Source: Chlamydiales bacterium
GTDB taxonomy: Bacteria; Chlamydiota; Chlamydiia; Chlamydiales; JAAZZY01
Assembly: GCA_965206695.1 (NCBI GenBank)
Contig: CBDBKM010000011.1
Span: 160,001 to 224,000, forward strand
DNA: 64,000 nucleotides
Direction: 5' to 3'
Shown here: positions 62,756-64,000 of the stretch, piece after piece
Position numbering within the stretch: position 1 is the stretch's first letter
Layout of the letters: each line of letters begins with the position of its first letter
The notes under the pieces: model-generated
What the model was told of the DNA's origin: nothing
What the model saw: the letters and a program-made list of their open reading frames with translations, nothing else
The model's database searches: none
Program-made: the position numbers and the translations under genes

Positions 62756-64000
62756 ATGCCTAAAGGTTATCATCATTTAACCTATGAACAAAGATTCCGA
62801 ATATATGCATTAAAACAAAGAGGAGATTCTATAGATTCTATTGCTTATGAAATAAGAGTTGATCAATTTACTATTTATAGAGAACTGCAAAGAAACCCTT
62901 TTCAAGGTAGATATATTCATATTGCAGCTCAAATTAAATCAGAAAACAGGCGATTAAAAGCAAGTACTATAGTATTTTAATTTTTATTTGATAATATGTT
63001 ATCCTTCTTTTTTTATACAAACAGTAAGGACAAAACAATGCCTAGAGCCTATTCAGTAGATCTTCGAGAGAAAGTATTACAACATATAGAAAAACATCAT
63101 GATAAAAAAACAGCCGGCCATATTTTTCAAGTAGGTATCGCAACAATATATCGATGGATCTTGCAAAAAAAGCAAAAAGGACATTTAAAGCCAATCCGCA
63201 GAAAATATGCTTATAAGAAATTAGATGATGAGTTGTTATCTAAATATGTAGAAAAACATCCGGATTATTTTTTATCGGAAATTGCTGATTATTTTTCAGT
63301 CACTCCGCAAACGATTTTTTATGCCCTTAAAAGATTAAAAATTACACGAAAAAAAAAACTACTCGCTATAAGGAAAGAGATGAAAAGAAACGGGAAGCTT
63401 TTATGAAAAATTTAAAAAATATTCCCTTTGACAAGAGAATTTATCTCGATGAAACCGGGATTCATCAATTTTTATTTCGTGAGTTCGGAAGAAGCTTACG
63501 CGGCAAAAAAGTTTTTGGAGCGGTTTCAGGAAACCGCTTTATAAGGCAAAATATTATTTCAGCCCTATCTAAAGGGCAGTTTTTATCTCCAATGTGTTTT
63601 GAAGGTACTTGTAATACCGAGTTATTCAATATTTGGCTTAAGGAAGTTTTGACTCCTCAGCTTACACCCGGTAGTGTTCTTATTCTTGACAATGCCGGTT
63701 TTCACAAGTCAGCGGAAAGCAGGAAAACAGTAGAATCTGCCGGTTGTAAGCTTACGTTTCTTCCTCCATATTCTCCGGACTTAAATCCTATAGAAAAATA
63801 TTGGGCTAATATGAAAAATAAAGTTAGAGAGATATTACGAAAAGTTACGAATTTTAAATTCGCCATTGATCAAGCAATCTTATCAATATAAAATTAAATG
63901 ACTATATAAAGAAAAAAATGACTTCTGAAATAGCTCCGGCCCTAGAAAATAGGTTAAGGTTTCAGTGGAGTTTTGTTCAGATATCCGGCAGGTGAAAAAA
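62756..64000 (+). pseudogene. IS30-family transposase interrupted by IS630 copy 4
   Basis: YHHLTYEQR..IY..TIYRELQRN HTH. After the IS the frame resumes IKKKMT...QWSFVQISGR* (WSPEQISG-like). Confidence 0.8.
62970..63904 (+). mobile_element. IS630-family IS, copy 4 (orfA intact; probable -1 frameshift at A10)
   Basis: ATG 63038 MPRAYSVDLREKVLQH... with no stop. A10 at 63349-58; a -1 shift gives KKTTRYKERDEKKREAFMK into orfB. TA duplication at 62968-69 and 63905-06. Confidence 0.95.

Overview
AT-rich (roughly one-third GC by eye) chromosomal segment of an environmental chlamydia (phylum Chlamydiota). The assignment rests on euo, the long chlamydial-type lepB, yidC and secDF, and chlamydial gene orders (gmk-rpoZ-metG, lepB-ileS, yidC-dnaA-lgt, secDF-recJ-euo, tsp...gltX). 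The housekeeping backbone is glyS (partial), dnaG, metG, rpoZ, gmk, yicC, lepB, ileS, yidC, dnaA, ridA, lgt, rlmH, acpS, trxB, acpP-fabG-fabD-fabH, secDF, recJ, euo, tsp, mltA-like, gltX, cysJ-like and a Nudix hydrolase. It is interrupted by many IS elements: four near-identical IS630 copies, two IS200/IS605 (TnpB) elements, and IS701, IS5, IS3 and IS30 remnants. Highlights: (1) an apparent composite transposon bounded by two inverted IS630 copies, nested at a TA site inside an IS701-like element; (2) its cargo, a SET-domain protein with an SV40-like NLS and NUMOD3-like repeats (candidate nucleomodulin); (3) a window-wide excess of CCGG, with CCAG/CTGG-to-CCGG changes at normally conserved transposase codons, suggesting methyltransferase/Vsr-type directional mutation; (4) a 20-bp duplication beside the TnpB element that recreates a TAM plus guide-seed self-target; (5) a eukaryote-like PP2C phosphatase. 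No rRNA, tRNA or CRISPR array was seen. All calls are by-eye motif recognition without database searches.
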